This document shows, piece after piece, positions 50,451-62,296 of a DNA stretch of 64,000 bases. Made by a program: the position numbers and the translations under genes. The notes under the pieces are model-generated. The model did no database searches, was not told the DNA's origin, and saw nothing but the letters and a program-made list of their open reading frames with translations. Positions within the stretch are counted from its first letter, which is position 1. Each line of letters starts with the position of its first letter. Source of the DNA: Lama glama (lineage: Eukaryota); assembly GCA_028534125.1 (NCBI GenBank), contig CM052818.1:32862001-32926000 (forward strand), read 5' to 3'.

Positions 50451-50974
50451 CTGTGAGTAGAGTCAAGGGGATTATCTTCTGGGACAAGGGCACTGCTACC
50501 TGCCCCCAACCCAGCAGTGCCCTGAGCCTTTTCACTTTCATCCCTTCAAGTCTGCTGCCAACTGGCCCCAATATTGATGGAGAAACTCCCTGATTTGGGA
50601 ATTTTTATTTTTTAAAAAGTATAGCCATCCATCGCCCATCCCTCTGCCTTCAGCCTCTCTGCCCTAATAGTTGAAAGGGAATAATAACATTTTTTGGAAG
50701 CTTTCCATTTTATCCCAGTCCAGTAAATCACAGGGCCATGCCTGGAAAACTTGGCCACTGTTAATTTTCTCCTTTTCTTTCCAAGTACATCTAAGCTCTA
50801 GTGATGCCCCCCCCAAAAGGTGGGGAGCAGAGAAAAGGAGGAAAAGCAGAAAAAGCAACTCCTTGGGAGCACTCTTGGAGAGAGATGGCCCAGAAAGTCC
50901 CACAAAGAGAAGGAAACACATTGCCTAAGATCTGGCTTCTACACACGCGCCTCCCAGACATGCCCGCGGCTTAC

Positions 50975-51079
50975 GTCATTCAGAGGGACGAGAGTGTTCT
51001 GGAAGAAAGGCTGCACGACCACGGCGAAGTCCTCGCGCTGCAGGTACTCGTGCTGGTAGGAGAACCTGGAGAGGCCGCT
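50975..51079 (-). CDS. PLB1: PLB1 coding exon
   Basis: cccag|...|gtaagc, 105 nt, [35 protein letters not shown]. Confidence 0.97.
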
Positions 51080-51890
51080 CTGGGGATGGGGAGAGAGGCT
51101 GCTCAACCTCCCGGCAAGGCTGGGCAGGCAAGGCTGGGCAGACGGGGTCTGTTCCTGTGGGCTTGGGTGGGTTGTGTCGGGGGCCAAGTGGTTCAAAGGA
51201 GCTGCTTCGGTGCACCTGCTTAGTTTGTACCAGGCGTGGGCACCACCCTAGCTCCTCTCTGAAATGAGTGTCCATGGTTTTTGGATTAAGTGCCAAAATA
51301 TGGACCATAAAAGGGATAGACTAGATGTGCTTATCGTCAAGGAGCTTATAATCCATCTGGGGAAATGTGAGACGAGATGTAAAAACCACGAGAACCAAAT
51401 AGGGCTTTGGGTCAGCAAAGTGCTGGTGGAAGTTGCCACGGGGAGCTATGTGAGGGGGCAACTCCTTAGAGGAGGTGAGAAGACAGGTCCTGCTCATGAG
51501 ATGGACATGCTGCAGGGAGGTGGGGGGTGGGCAGGTCAAGGGAGGGGCAGCAAGAGCAGAGATGGACTTGAGAAGCTAAGGAGGGAGGGAGACCAAGGGC
51601 AGTGAACACAGCCCCTCTCTCCTCTGGGTAGGGGATGGTGCCACCTCTGGGAGCTGAGAGCCGCTCCCCTGCTCAGGGCTGAAGAGGGTGGGGAGGCAGG
51701 GTTCTCCTAGCTCCCTTGCTGAGGTTTCCTGCCCCCACCCCCCAGCACTGGTGTTTGATTTGCCTGGATATGCATTTTGGGGGCTAGGATCTGCCTTGAG
51801 AGAGTGACCTTGCTCACCGCATACTTTCAGAATCCTTGCTGTAGGAGTAAAGATGGATTGTGGGGTGCAGGGAGAGGGGGGCAGGTTCAC

Positions 51891-51972
51891 CTGGAAGTTC
51901 CAGTTCACTGTCTTCAGTTTCTGCATCTCCGGGGAGTTCTCCTGGGAGCCTCGGAGGCAGGTGCAGTTGCTC
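51891..51972 (-). CDS. PLB1: PLB1 coding exon
   Basis: cccag|...|gtgaac, 82 nt, SNCTCLRGSQENSPEMQKLKTVNWNFQ. Confidence 0.95.
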
Positions 51973-53226
51973 CTGGGAGACAAGCAGTCCTGTGGCTGTG
52001 CCCCGGGGAGGCTGACACCACCCCCCGACCCCCAGAAGCTGCTGGACCCCTTGCTGCCTCACGGGGGAGGTTGGCCACACACAGTTGCCCCCACAACACA
52101 ACCTTGTTGCCTCTGGAGCCCAGGTCACAGAACTGCAGCTCAGGGGCACGAGGTCCAGAAGGTGGAAGAGTTGGCACCCAATGCCCAGCTCTCCTGTGGA
52201 CAGGCTGCCCAATTGGCTGCTCTACCCAAGCCCGCGGCTCCTAGGGTTGCTGTGGAGGAGGACTGGGGAGGGACAGCGCTGGGGCTTTGGGACGACTGCC
52301 ATGGTGGCCCAGCCTTTCTTCCTCCTGTTCCCATCTCTACCTTCAGCTGTTTCGGACTCGCCCTCGGGCTGCAGAGTGAGGGGGTCTCTTGGGCAGCTGG
52401 GGAGGGTCAGCCAGCAGCCTCCAGCCCTTGGCATCTCCATGTGGGGCCAAATTCCAGGAAGAAAGGGAACCACCTGGTCACCTGCCCAGCAAATCTGGCC
52501 CTGATAGGACTCCTCCGCCCCGGCAGAATCTCCTCCCCCATAACAGCAGTCACAAGGACTTTGACCCTTTGGCCTCAGAAGATGGTGACTTTCTACAGGG
52601 TCAGAGCTGAGCTTCAATAAGATTCCAGCCCCAACAGGAATTCTCATCCTGCACGTTGTACCTTAGCTCCAAGCCTGGCTTTCAAGGACAGTCCTATCAA
52701 GGATGTTATAAAAGCTGCTGTTTCCTGAGTCCCTGCCCCACGGGGACCATGCATTTTACGGGCATTTCTGAAAGGAGATTTTACAGGTGGGAGTAAAAGG
52801 CCCAGAGAATTTGTGTGGTTTGTACAAGGTCCGTAGCTTCTCAATGGCAGAGCCAGGATTTGAGGCCAGATACGGCTGTCTTGAAACCTCCTTGCCTGGT
52901 GCTGCCTCTCAAATACGGAACAACTCGCTGAAGTTGGAGTCTGGCATCACAGACAATGTCAGGGGCCCTTACGGATCATTTGATCCGTCTGCCTCACTTT
53001 TCAGAAAAGCAAACTCAGGTCCAGAGGAATAAATTGACTTACGTACAGTAAGCATTCAGTAATGTAGCGGCATTTCCAGATGGGTTCCCAAGCCCCTGGC
53101 TAATTGCTGATGTCTGCCTGCTGGCCAGGCCTGTCTGGCTCTGCCTGCATGGGTCTCACCCCCTAGCAGCTGTGAGCCCTGCTCTCCCCAGGTGCCTCAG
53201 CCCTGGGGCCACGTACGTGTACTTAC

Positions 53227-53321
53227 TGGGCAGCCAGTGGCATGACACATTTCCCGCCTTGGCCCTGGTGCAGGCCAGCCAGCTCCATGACCTCCACCAA
53301 GTTGACGAAAGCCCTTGGAAG
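53227..53321 (-). CDS. PLB1: PLB1 coding exon
   Basis: cacag|...|gtaagt, 95 nt, [31 protein letters not shown](Q). Confidence 0.95.
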
Positions 53322-53855
53322 CTGTGGGGAGCAGAAGGGTGGGTTTTAGAAGTCTCCAAGCAGTTTTAGAGGGCACTGGTCACTGCTTATGAGAGCCTGG
53401 GGGGATCATCTACACTCTCATGTCCCCCTCCTCAGTTTAACCAATAAACTGAGGCCCAGAGAGGGAACATGCCTTTTATTATCTCTTGGAACCTTCTTTA
53501 TTGACCCCACTTTACAGACTGGCAATTGGAGACACAGAAGCCACTTGCTCAAAGTCCCAGTGCTAGTAAGCCACAATGCCTGGCTACCAACCAGGCCAAC
53601 TGGCCCCAGAAACAAGTTCTTTGCCACCAAACCACACAGTCAGATCCAGTTAGAATCCTCCCCTTAGATGAGCTGGGCAGCTACCTCCCTCCCATCCCAT
53701 CCAGGTACCTGCTGGAGGTGGGGCTGTGCTCAGCGTGCATCTTGCTGAACACAACTTGTCTGGACGCACCCAGGGAGCAGCCCCTGGTGAGTGAGCATCC
53801 AGCCAGGCTGCTGGCAGGAAGTGGGGCCCAGGAACGTGCCACTGCGCTTTCCTAC

Positions 53856-53921
53856 CTCCTTGTAGAAGATGTCCAGGGCCTGTTGGATGTGCCGAAGATA
53901 CTCCCCGGGCGAGTAGGCCTC
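53856..53921 (-). CDS. PLB1: PLB1 coding exon
   Basis: cacag|...|gtagga, 66 nt, EAYSPGEYLRHIQQALDIFYKE. Confidence 0.95.
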
Positions 53922-55205
53922 CTGTGAAGAAAGAACGGTTCTCTTCAGCCCCTGGGCTGCACACTGAGAGGAGGAGGAGAATAGCCTGATGCCCAGCACA
54001 GAAGGGCACTGGACGGGCTGGGAAACCCAGCCCTTGTTGCTGGTGGACAGTCTCTTAGACGAAGTCACGCACCTTGACCCTTAGCTAGACGCCATGAACA
54101 GTCCCCACCCCACCCTGCTGCATAGTTTCTCCAACCCAAAGGCAGGCCCTGTCTGTGCTGGGCCACACCGCCTCCTGCTCCATCCCACTGGCCTCTGCCT
54201 TCCCAGCCACAACAGGACCCCCGTGGCCATGTTCTCTTGTTCCTCTGACCTTTGGCCTGTGCTGGCCCTGCTGTCTGGAACCCTCTGCACTGCCTCCCCC
54301 GACTCAGCCCAAGGGTCCCACCTCTGACCCATTTCCCAACTGGAGGCTGATTTGGCCTGAGTTAATCCTGGTGGTGGTCTTGGGGTCCTTTCCACAAAAA
54401 GATGCTCTCAGGAGCGTAAACCTGTTTGCGTGAGGGACAGGAATTGGGGGGGTCACTTCTGCCTCTAGATTCTGGGCAGTGAGGGGAAGAGCCCCTGGGT
54501 GGGGGAGGCTGGTTCTCATCAAGAATTTGGTGACTGTCTCTGAGCCACAAGGAATGATAAATGCCTTCTCCCTGCTGCCTGTGGCTGTCAAACATTCTAC
54601 CACGACCTTTGAGTTGTGGTAGCTGCTTATTTTCTGGCCCAATAAAATATAGCACATCCTCAACTGAGAATAAGATACATTCCAGAAATTACAACTTCCA
54701 AAAGTTTGGACTTATTTCCCCATAGAAACGTTAGGAACGGGTAGGGTTCCCAGACCGGCTGAGATTGGGTAGTTCGTGTTGTCCCTGAAGGACAGCAAGC
54801 CGTCGATCGGATGGGTTCAGTTTTATCAACCCTATTTATGACACTGTTTTGGCCTTCTCCTACACCCCCACCTGCCAAAAAACACCAAAACACCAGGGGC
54901 AGGGATTCCACGCAGGTGGGGTGGTTATCCATTGGATACCAACGAACAGTGTGAGAGAGGCCGCCACCTCGGTAGTGCCTGCAGGGTGGGTACCTCCAGA
55001 CACTTCTGGAATCACGGAATCAATGTGGTGGCCACTCAGCGTCTCCTGCACGTGTGAGCCATGGCTGCTGGGCAGGCTCGGGTGCCTGGGAGAGCTGGCC
55101 CGTGGCACCCTCCTGAGGGAGGTCCGGCTCTGGGTATGGACAGTGACCTTGGCCAGCTGCTCCTTTCTCAGGTCCCTGAGGGGGCGGGGCTGGGCTGGGG
55201 CCTAC

Positions 55206-55286
55206 CGGATTCTCGCAGTAATGACACAAGTCGTTGCTCCCAATGAAGAGTGTGATGAGCTTCCAGTCTTTCTCTAGGTTGATTTT
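55206..55286 (-). CDS. PLB1: PLB1 coding exon with SGNH block III (GxND)
   Basis: ctcag|...|gtaggc, 81 nt, [27 protein letters not shown]. Confidence 0.97.
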
Positions 55287-56202
55287 CTGAGGGGACAGGA
55301 GATACTGTTTAGACCTTGGTGCGGGGGGTGGTGTCACGTGTAAGGGGTGCTCACCAGGCCAGATGGCCCCCCATGTGCCTTCCACCGTCTTCGCATCACA
55401 GTGAAGAGAAGATGCCAAGTGGGGCCTCCCTCACCCTCACCTTTGCGCTGGTCAAGGACTCCACCCAGAGCACTGTGCGTGCGTGTGCGTGTGCGTGCGT
55501 GCATGCCTGCTCACACAGCACAGAGGGCTGCTTGCTCTTTGAGAGCCTCTTAGGAGAGCTGCAGTCCAGGGTGAGGTGGAATGTATTAACACACCCTGAA
55601 AACATGATCTATAGGCCTTCAAAGGGGAGCCGAGGACAAAAGAGCCATCTAGAAGCAAAAGCCCAGCGCTGGCTCTGGGGAGAGCCCTTTGGGTCTGGGT
55701 CCGGGGAGCGGGGAGGAGGAGGGTGTGAAGGAGGAGCCCAGGGTGGACCAAGGGTGGGGCGGGGGCTGGGGAGGAGCCTGCTTTCCACTCAGCCATTGTA
55801 GGAGTCCTGCCAGGAGCCAAATTCCAAGGCATAAACGCAGAGCATTTTAAAAAGTGCTAGTGAGAAGGTTTAGAGGGGCCAAGGGAGCAGGAAGGAGGAA
55901 GGATTGGAATGAGATACCTATTTTTAGAAGCCAAAGTTTACATAATAGGGCTTGGGAAGCCAACTCTTGGGTTAAGTAGAAAGCTGCCAGGCCAAGGCCT
56001 GCCACCTCCCCGGACTCCGCTCCATCTCTGCCTGCAGCAGTCCCTGGAGCGGAGGTGGCGTCGAGGTGGACACCCATCTCCTCTGAGCTCATCTGGCCCC
56101 TCTTGAAGACCAGCCTGAGCTGCTGTGGGGCAGAGGGAGCTCTTTCAGCCCCCCAGCTAGAGACAGAGCACCTCTTGGGGTGACCCCGGGTCCTGGACTC
56201 AC

Positions 56203-56254
56203 AGGGCTGTTTTTCATTCGCTCCACGAGGTCCCGGGCCTGGGCAGGCATGTCC
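56203..56254 (-). CDS. PLB1: PLB1 coding exon
   Basis: cctag|...|gtgagt, 52 nt, DMPAQARDLVERMKNSP. Confidence 0.95.
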
Positions 56255-56466
56255 CTAGGTGGGGGAAGAGACAGGGATGTTAGAGCTGGCTCAGGAGCAA
56301 GGGCTCAAGCTGTAGGATTTGGGCCTGGCAAGATGTTTCAGGAAGAAAAAAGTCATACAAAGTTCATTCCTTCAGCATGTATCGAAAGGCTTTCAATTCT
56401 CAAGAAATCTCAACCTAGTGAAAATAAAGATCTGCCGTGGGTCTCGGCACCACGTCACTCCAGACC

Positions 56467-56680
56467 CTGCCGGGGGCTGACATGCATCCAACTGCCCCCT
56501 CCGGCAGGCCTAGTCCTCTGTGGCCACTTTAGTGGGGGAATCTGCTCATCCTTCCCATCAGGGATGTTCCCTTCTGCCGGGGGCTGACATGCATCCAACT
56601 GCCCCCTCCGGCAGGCCTAGTCCTCTGTGGCCACTTTAGTGGGGGAATCTGCTCATCCTTCCCATCAGGGATGTTCCCTT
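56467..56680. repeat. Perfect 107-bp tandem duplication
   Basis: 56467-56573 identical by eye to 56574-56680. Confidence 0.95.
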
Positions 56681-57059
56681 ATATCATCCAGGTCTTTCAT
56701 TACAGGCTGAGCCTGTTCAGTTCTTCAGCTGCCTGTTTTAAAAATAACCTTCTGTATGTTTGAAAAAAGTCATTGCCCTAAATGAATGCTCAGCTTTCTC
56801 CTCACCAGGCTTCATGATTCCTTTAACCTTTACCTCTGAGTCCCACTCTCTGCTCCTTTAATCCTTTTGTTTTTCTTCTCTGTAGTTACTTCTGATTCCC
56901 ACACCACTCTCATCTCCTCACTCTCCCCTGCCTCCCACAAAACAGGATGGGGGAGACAAATTTGGACGGCACTAGCTCTCCCTTCACCTCCCAGATGTCT
57001 GCCGTCTATAAGGAAATGAATGCTTCTGGATAAGAGATACGTCACCGGAACCCTACAGC

Positions 57060-57470
57060 GATACGGGGTGTGAACCAGTGATACACATGACAACGGGGAA
57101 GTATCTCCCCGGCAGACGTAATTTTGCTGGGTGAAAGAAGTTAGACAAGAGAAAAGCTATTATTCTAGAAAATTCTAGAAATGTAAAATTCTAGAAAATC
57201 AAAACTAATCCATAATGACAAGGAAGCAGGTCAGTGGTTCCCTGAGGCCCAGGGAATGGAGTGGGAGACAGGAAAGGGGCAGGAGGGAGCCATTGATTAC
57301 AAAGAAGCACAGGGAAACTGGGAGGTCTTGGACATATTTATCATCTTGCTTGCAGTAATGTTTTCATAGGTAAATGCAAGTGTCAAATTTATCAAAGTGC
57401 ACACTTTTTATATGTGCAGTGTACTCGTGTCAATTATACCTCAATAAAGCTGTTGTTTTTCTTTAAAAAA
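57060..57470 (+). mobile_element. L1 3'UTR fragment (L1MB/MC-like)
   Basis: gctgggtgaaagaagttagaca ... tgtcaattatacctcaataaagctg. Confidence 0.75.
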
Positions 57471-57898
57471 GATATGTATATGAGAAGGGATACAGCCAGT
57501 GGAGGCTTCCATGGAAGAAGTCATAAAAGCAGTAACTGGTACAGGATGGGCATTTGAAATCTTTGCGTGCCCACGATGAGCTGTGCACGTGGCCCAGCAT
57601 ACGTGGTACCATCCGTGCCCCTACTTCTCAGATAAGGGAGGCTCGTAGAACAATCCTCCAGCCTTGCTTACTTAGGTCAATGGCTTCCTCTCCTTTCCCC
57701 TAACACAGTACCTCAGAGACACTAACAAGAAGCTGCGTGCCTCGGCCACTTCCCCTGCCACTATTTGTTCTGGGGGAGGCAGCAAGCAGCAGTAAAATAG
57801 AAAAAGACAGCTTAAGAGAAGTGAAGCAAGAAAGGGGAAAGGGGCTTGAATGTCAACAGTCTAAGGAATCCATTCCTGGTTAATGAAGCCTGGGCTGT

Positions 57899-57920
57899 AT
57901 AATAATAATAATAATAATAA
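57899..57920. repeat. (AAT)n microsatellite
   Basis: Read directly. Confidence 0.9.
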
Positions 57921-58679
57921 TGGTAATAACAGTAACTAGGTGTTGAAACTATGGCCCCCCGAAGCCCAATTTTTACAGAAAAATAATTTCTTCCTGCTTA
58001 TGACGCTGAGGAACTGACATCGCTTCCTGTGGCTCAGAGACTCACACCAAGCGTGGGGCCCTTCCTACCGTGTCTGAAAGGAACGCTCCCTGTAAACAGA
58101 ATGAGTCAAGCCAATTCCGTTTCCCTGGTGATCTGAGTGCAGCAACCCTTGTACAAAGCAAAAGACCCAGCACGCTCTGTGCAGAAAAATCAATGAACTC
58201 TGCCAGAGCTTTCAACTTTAATTATCTGGGTTGTTGTCAACAATACAAATCCGAGTGAAAACAAACAATTGCCATGGTGTTTCGGGGATCTACCATCTAA
58301 CTCCCTGGTGTCAACGTATGGCTTTTGCAGAGTCAAGGGCTGGAGATTCGGAGGCCAGAGAGGGGAAAGGGGAAGGGCGGCCATCCATGGGGCCATACCG
58401 TGTACCTGAGGTGCTGAGAGTCGCCTGCATGTTTGACCCCAGCCTCCACTGGGCGGGGAGGTCGGCTGGAGTCAGCTGGATGGCACCCTGGCCCTGGGCC
58501 ACATGCTTCCTGTCCACCACCCTCGAGTGCTTCCTCCTGCTGCCCTGAGAGGCGGTTACAGGGCAGTGGGCAGAGCGAAGGCTCTGATTCAGCCTGGTCT
58601 GATCCCGGCTCCTCTGATCACTTGCTCTGACAACCTTGGGCCATTCAGGAAACGGTCTAAGCCTCATGCTAGTACCCAG

Positions 58680-59033
58680 CTCCCTTCTCATCAGGCTGCT
58701 CGCTCGCTCTTCCAAGCACACCTGTTCCTTCATGTCTCCCCCGACTCTGACTTTTCGGCAGGTCTCCCTAATCCACAGGGTCAAAGCCAAACCCCTTCCC
58801 CAATGTGCTGAGCTCACCATGATCTGGTTTCCAATTTCCTGTCCTTGTTCGCCCCCTCCTTTCCTGTCCACACAAACCTTCAGGTCTAAGCAAGTTGATG
58901 TGAAGCATGAGGGCCCTGGACTGGCCTACCACCAGCCACTCCATCCCCTCCAGGAGCACCAGACTCTCTCCTTTCTAGTCCTTAACTCTCTGATTCATTC
59001 TCGAAGACCTTTGTCAGTGCCCACCTCCTCCAT
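58680..59033 (+). repeat. Copy A of a ~350-bp dispersed direct repeat
   Basis: Aligns end to end with 60279-60629 with scattered substitutions; flanked by cctcatgctagtaccca on both sides. Confidence 0.92.
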
Positions 59034-59250
59034 GATGGGTCCTCATGCTAGTACCCATCTCAACAGCTGTGAGGATTACAGGAGACCATCCATGTGAGGG
59101 GGCAGCTAAGGGCTGGGCACGCAGAAGTGCTCCGTGCACTGCAGCTACTCCTGCCTGTCTAGGGACCAGGCTCCCAGACACCACTCTTCTCTTTTCCCTG
59201 ATCTCTTAGCCTTGCCCTCCTCTGTGCCTCCGGTACCCACATCTACTCAC

Positions 59251-59350
59251 CAAGCTCTGGCCCCTTCCACTGCTACATTCAGCCCTGCCATCTCCTCCTG
59301 TGTGCCAGTGGAGAAGCCGAGGATTTCAGGGTTGAACTTCTTCAGAATGT
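59251..59350 (-). CDS. PLB1: PLB1 coding exon
   Basis: cgaag|...|gtgagt, 100 nt, (N)[32 protein letters not shown](W). Confidence 0.95.
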
Positions 59351-59568
59351 CTTCGGAGAGGGAGGGAGCAGACAGCACAGGTGAGAGGGAGATGGACGTG
59401 CAGGGTTGGGGCTCAGGTGTGGGGTGGGATGGTTCTGGGTCTTTTCAGGGCTGGCTGCCTTCCCTCCTTACAGACAACCCTCTCTTCCCTTGCCCAGAGG
59501 GAGGCCCCTGGCCTCCATGAGGGGTTGTTATGGCCACAGTAATGGTGCTTCTCTGTGTTGCTACTTAC

Positions 59569-59612
59569 TAGGCAGTGTGGTGATGGTCTCCAAGTTGCCA
59601 TCCCCTCCAATG
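59569..59612 (-). CDS. PLB1: PLB1 coding exon
   Basis: cccag|...|gtaagt, 44 nt, (S)IGGDGNLETITTLP(N). Confidence 0.95.
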
Positions 59613-59860
59613 CTGGGGAGGAGAAAGCACATTTGTTAAAACCACAGGTCATCCTATTTCTGAGTCAGAACCAGAGAGTCTACCCTGGAGCAGGTTTCCC
59701 ATCGCTCTTAGGTCTAGCATGAGTACCAGGGCATCTCTGCATCTCAGCACCGGGCCATGGGTACCCGGCCTTGTCTCCAGAGGGGTGACAGGGGAAACAC
59801 ACCACCCATGCCTCTTTGGGGGAGTGTCATCAACAGAGAATGAGTGGAGAACACTCTCAC

Positions 59861-59928
59861 CTCCAGGAGAGGCCCCTCCAAGATGTGAGGAGGTCACTGG
59901 CATTGCTGGGTCGGGCTCCCACTGCTGT
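59861..59928 (-). CDS. PLB1: PLB1 coding exon
   Basis: ttcag|...|gtgaga, 68 nt, TAVGARPSNASDLLTSWRGLSW(S). Confidence 0.95.
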
Positions 59929-60278
59929 CTGAAAGGCAAAGAGAAGGCTCCAGAACTGAGCTGGGCTCAGGTGCAGGCTGGGGGCACTGGGGAGGGCCCC
60001 TCTTGCCCTGGTGTAGCAGCTGGGACCTGGATTTACCTTTTCTGAACTTGGTACCAGCTTTTCTCCAGGCCACTTAATCTCTGATTCATTTTGACTCTCC
60101 AGTCCTCTCTACACACAACCAGTAACCAAGTCATGGTAGAACAAGATTCCTCCTGCCCAGCCTCTCGGGCACCCATCTCTTCCTTCGTATTCCCTGTACC
60201 ATATTCCTCAGGTGAGACTCCTATCCCCTCACCAGGGACAGCTCTGGCCTCTTACCCAACCCCAGTCTCCAGCATCTC

Positions 60279-60629
60279 CTCCCTTCTCGTCAGGCTGCCC
60301 GCCTGCTCTTCCTGCACACCTGTTCCTTCACATCTACCGTGACTCTGACTTTTCGGCAGGTCTCCCTAATCCACAGGGTCAAAGCCAAACCCCTTCCCCA
60401 GTGTGCTGAGCTCTCTGTGATCTGGTTTCCAATTTCCTGTCCTCATTCGCCCCCTCCTTTCCTGTCCACACAAACCTCCAGGTCTAAGCAAGTCGATGTG
60501 AAGCATGAGGGCCCTGGACCAGCCTATCACCAGCCACGGCATCCCCTCCAAGAGCGCCGAACTCTTCTTTCCAGTCCTTAACTCTCTGATTCATTCTCTA
60601 AGACCTTTGTCAGTGGCCACCTCCTCCAT
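60279..60629 (+). repeat. Copy B (probable source) of the ~350-bp dispersed direct repeat
   Basis: Shared core gactctgacttttcggcaggtctccctaatccacagggtcaaagccaaaccccttcccca. Confidence 0.92.
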
Positions 60630-61622
60630 AAAGCTTTCTCTAAATGCCCTCTCTTAAAAAAAGAGAAAATCCTCTTTGAGACTTGTAAAAGTAATCCATG
60701 TTCACCATAGCTAGTGAAATGATACAAAGACTTTTAAAAATTAATACTGTACCCCTATCTTAACCTCAATCATCTTGCCTCCTGCACACAGATTCAACAT
60801 ACTCTTCTGACCCCTGGTCCACATTTACACACCACCAGAGCCAGTTAATGGTTAAGAGCCTGGTGTACATCCTTCCACAGCTTTCCCCATGTTCACACCC
60901 AAATTAAAACACACTCACACACATATGGGGAGGTTGTTTTTTTTACAGAAAAAATGCCCGATTTCAGAATTCCTGTTCGTCACCTCTATGATTATGCATC
61001 TCCTTCTGTGTAAATTTCTTCTTTTCCTAGATGGACAAGTTCCTAGAGGGTTAAGACTATGTCTTACACTTCCTTTTTCTCAGAATTGCTAGCAGAGTGT
61101 CTCACACACAGCAATAGCTGAAATGTTGGCCAATACAATTCCTTTAGCGAAACCGTGCTGTGTGCAGGAACTGGGCTCCCTCTGCCCCCAAGAACACATC
61201 TTTAAATGGGGTGAGGGGATACTGGGCAGTGTGTAAGAACCACTACCCTGGGAGTCTGGGTGATGGAGATGAGTTCCCTGGTAGAGGCAGGCAGACCTGA
61301 GTCAGTACCTAACACACACAGATGAACTGCTTGGGAGCAGTGGGGGAGGAAGGATGGGCAGCTGCTTTCTGGGGATGGAGAGGAGGGCTCATGGAAGAGG
61401 TGGCATCTGAGCCGGGCTGTGGAAGGGTGGAGGGCAGGGCATTCTAGATTGCCCTGGTGATGTCCCACGGCTGCCCAGCTGTATTTCAGTGCCAGATACA
61501 GGTATGTCCTCAACAGTGTCAGCTAAATGCTGAACACAGAGCCAATGAGGAGGAAGAGCTGATTCTGCCCAGGGCCTGGCTGGGTGCTGGGGTTCTCATG
61601 CCTGGCTCAGCAAAATACTCAC

Positions 61623-61681
61623 AGTCAGCGAGTCACCCAGGGCGGCCACCACTTTGATATCCGCGGGTCGAAGCTCATGGA
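61623..61681 (-). CDS. PLB1: PLB1 coding exon with the GDSL motif
   Basis: cctag|...|gtgagt, 59 nt, (V)HELRPADIKVVAALGDSLT. Confidence 0.97.
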
Positions 61682-62235
61682 CTAGGGAGACAGGCAAAAA
61701 ACGTTGGTGGTCAGCGGAGGTCTTCCTTTTTAAACTATAAACGTGATTAGGAGCCTGAGATTCTGCCCTCACCCCACAGGTCCCCATTACACTTATTTCC
61801 AGCCTAAGGCCTTAAGAACTCTGCCTCTTCCATCCATTCGGAGCAACCAAGGCACTGAAGGCAATGGACTTGATGGCTCTTGTGCATCCTGAGAGGAGCT
61901 CAGCTCACGCTAGAGTGGTCCAGGAAACCTCCAGCAGCAGGGTCATGAGCATAGGCAGAGAGGACCCCAATCCTGACTGAACCTACCTCAGCAGACAGGG
62001 AGGCTGGGGGGGGGCTGCTACTGAGACAAAGTAGAGGGGACAAGTGTGGCTTCTGGGCGCCCAGCAGAGGCTTGTTTGTGGGCCAGCCTGTCATGGGCTG
62101 CCCGGGTTCTGGGTCTGCGTTGCATGGGAGTCAGCAAGACCTGCTCAAGCCTCCAAGGTGTGTTTATAGGGTCTCCCGCCAACCTGATGCTTAGCAAGGC
62201 CCTTGATTGAAGGGGATGATGGTGTCTTCACTCAC

Positions 62236-62296
62236 CTGATGTAGGGACACTGTTGGAAGGATCCCACTCAGCACACAGGAGGTCACTGCCCCAGTT
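62236..62296 (-). CDS. PLB1: PLB1 coding exon (first in window; gene continues beyond the right edge)
   Basis: tttag|...|gtgagt, 61 nt, encodes NWGSDLLCAEWDPSNSVPTS+G, matching the recalled start of the last PLB1 repeat. Confidence 0.95.

Noticed and set aside
51853..52620. 255-aa + strand ORF, the longest in the track
   Set aside because: It is antisense to a PLB1 exon and GC-rich intron and has no recognisable domain; such ORFs are expected by chance in GC-rich DNA.
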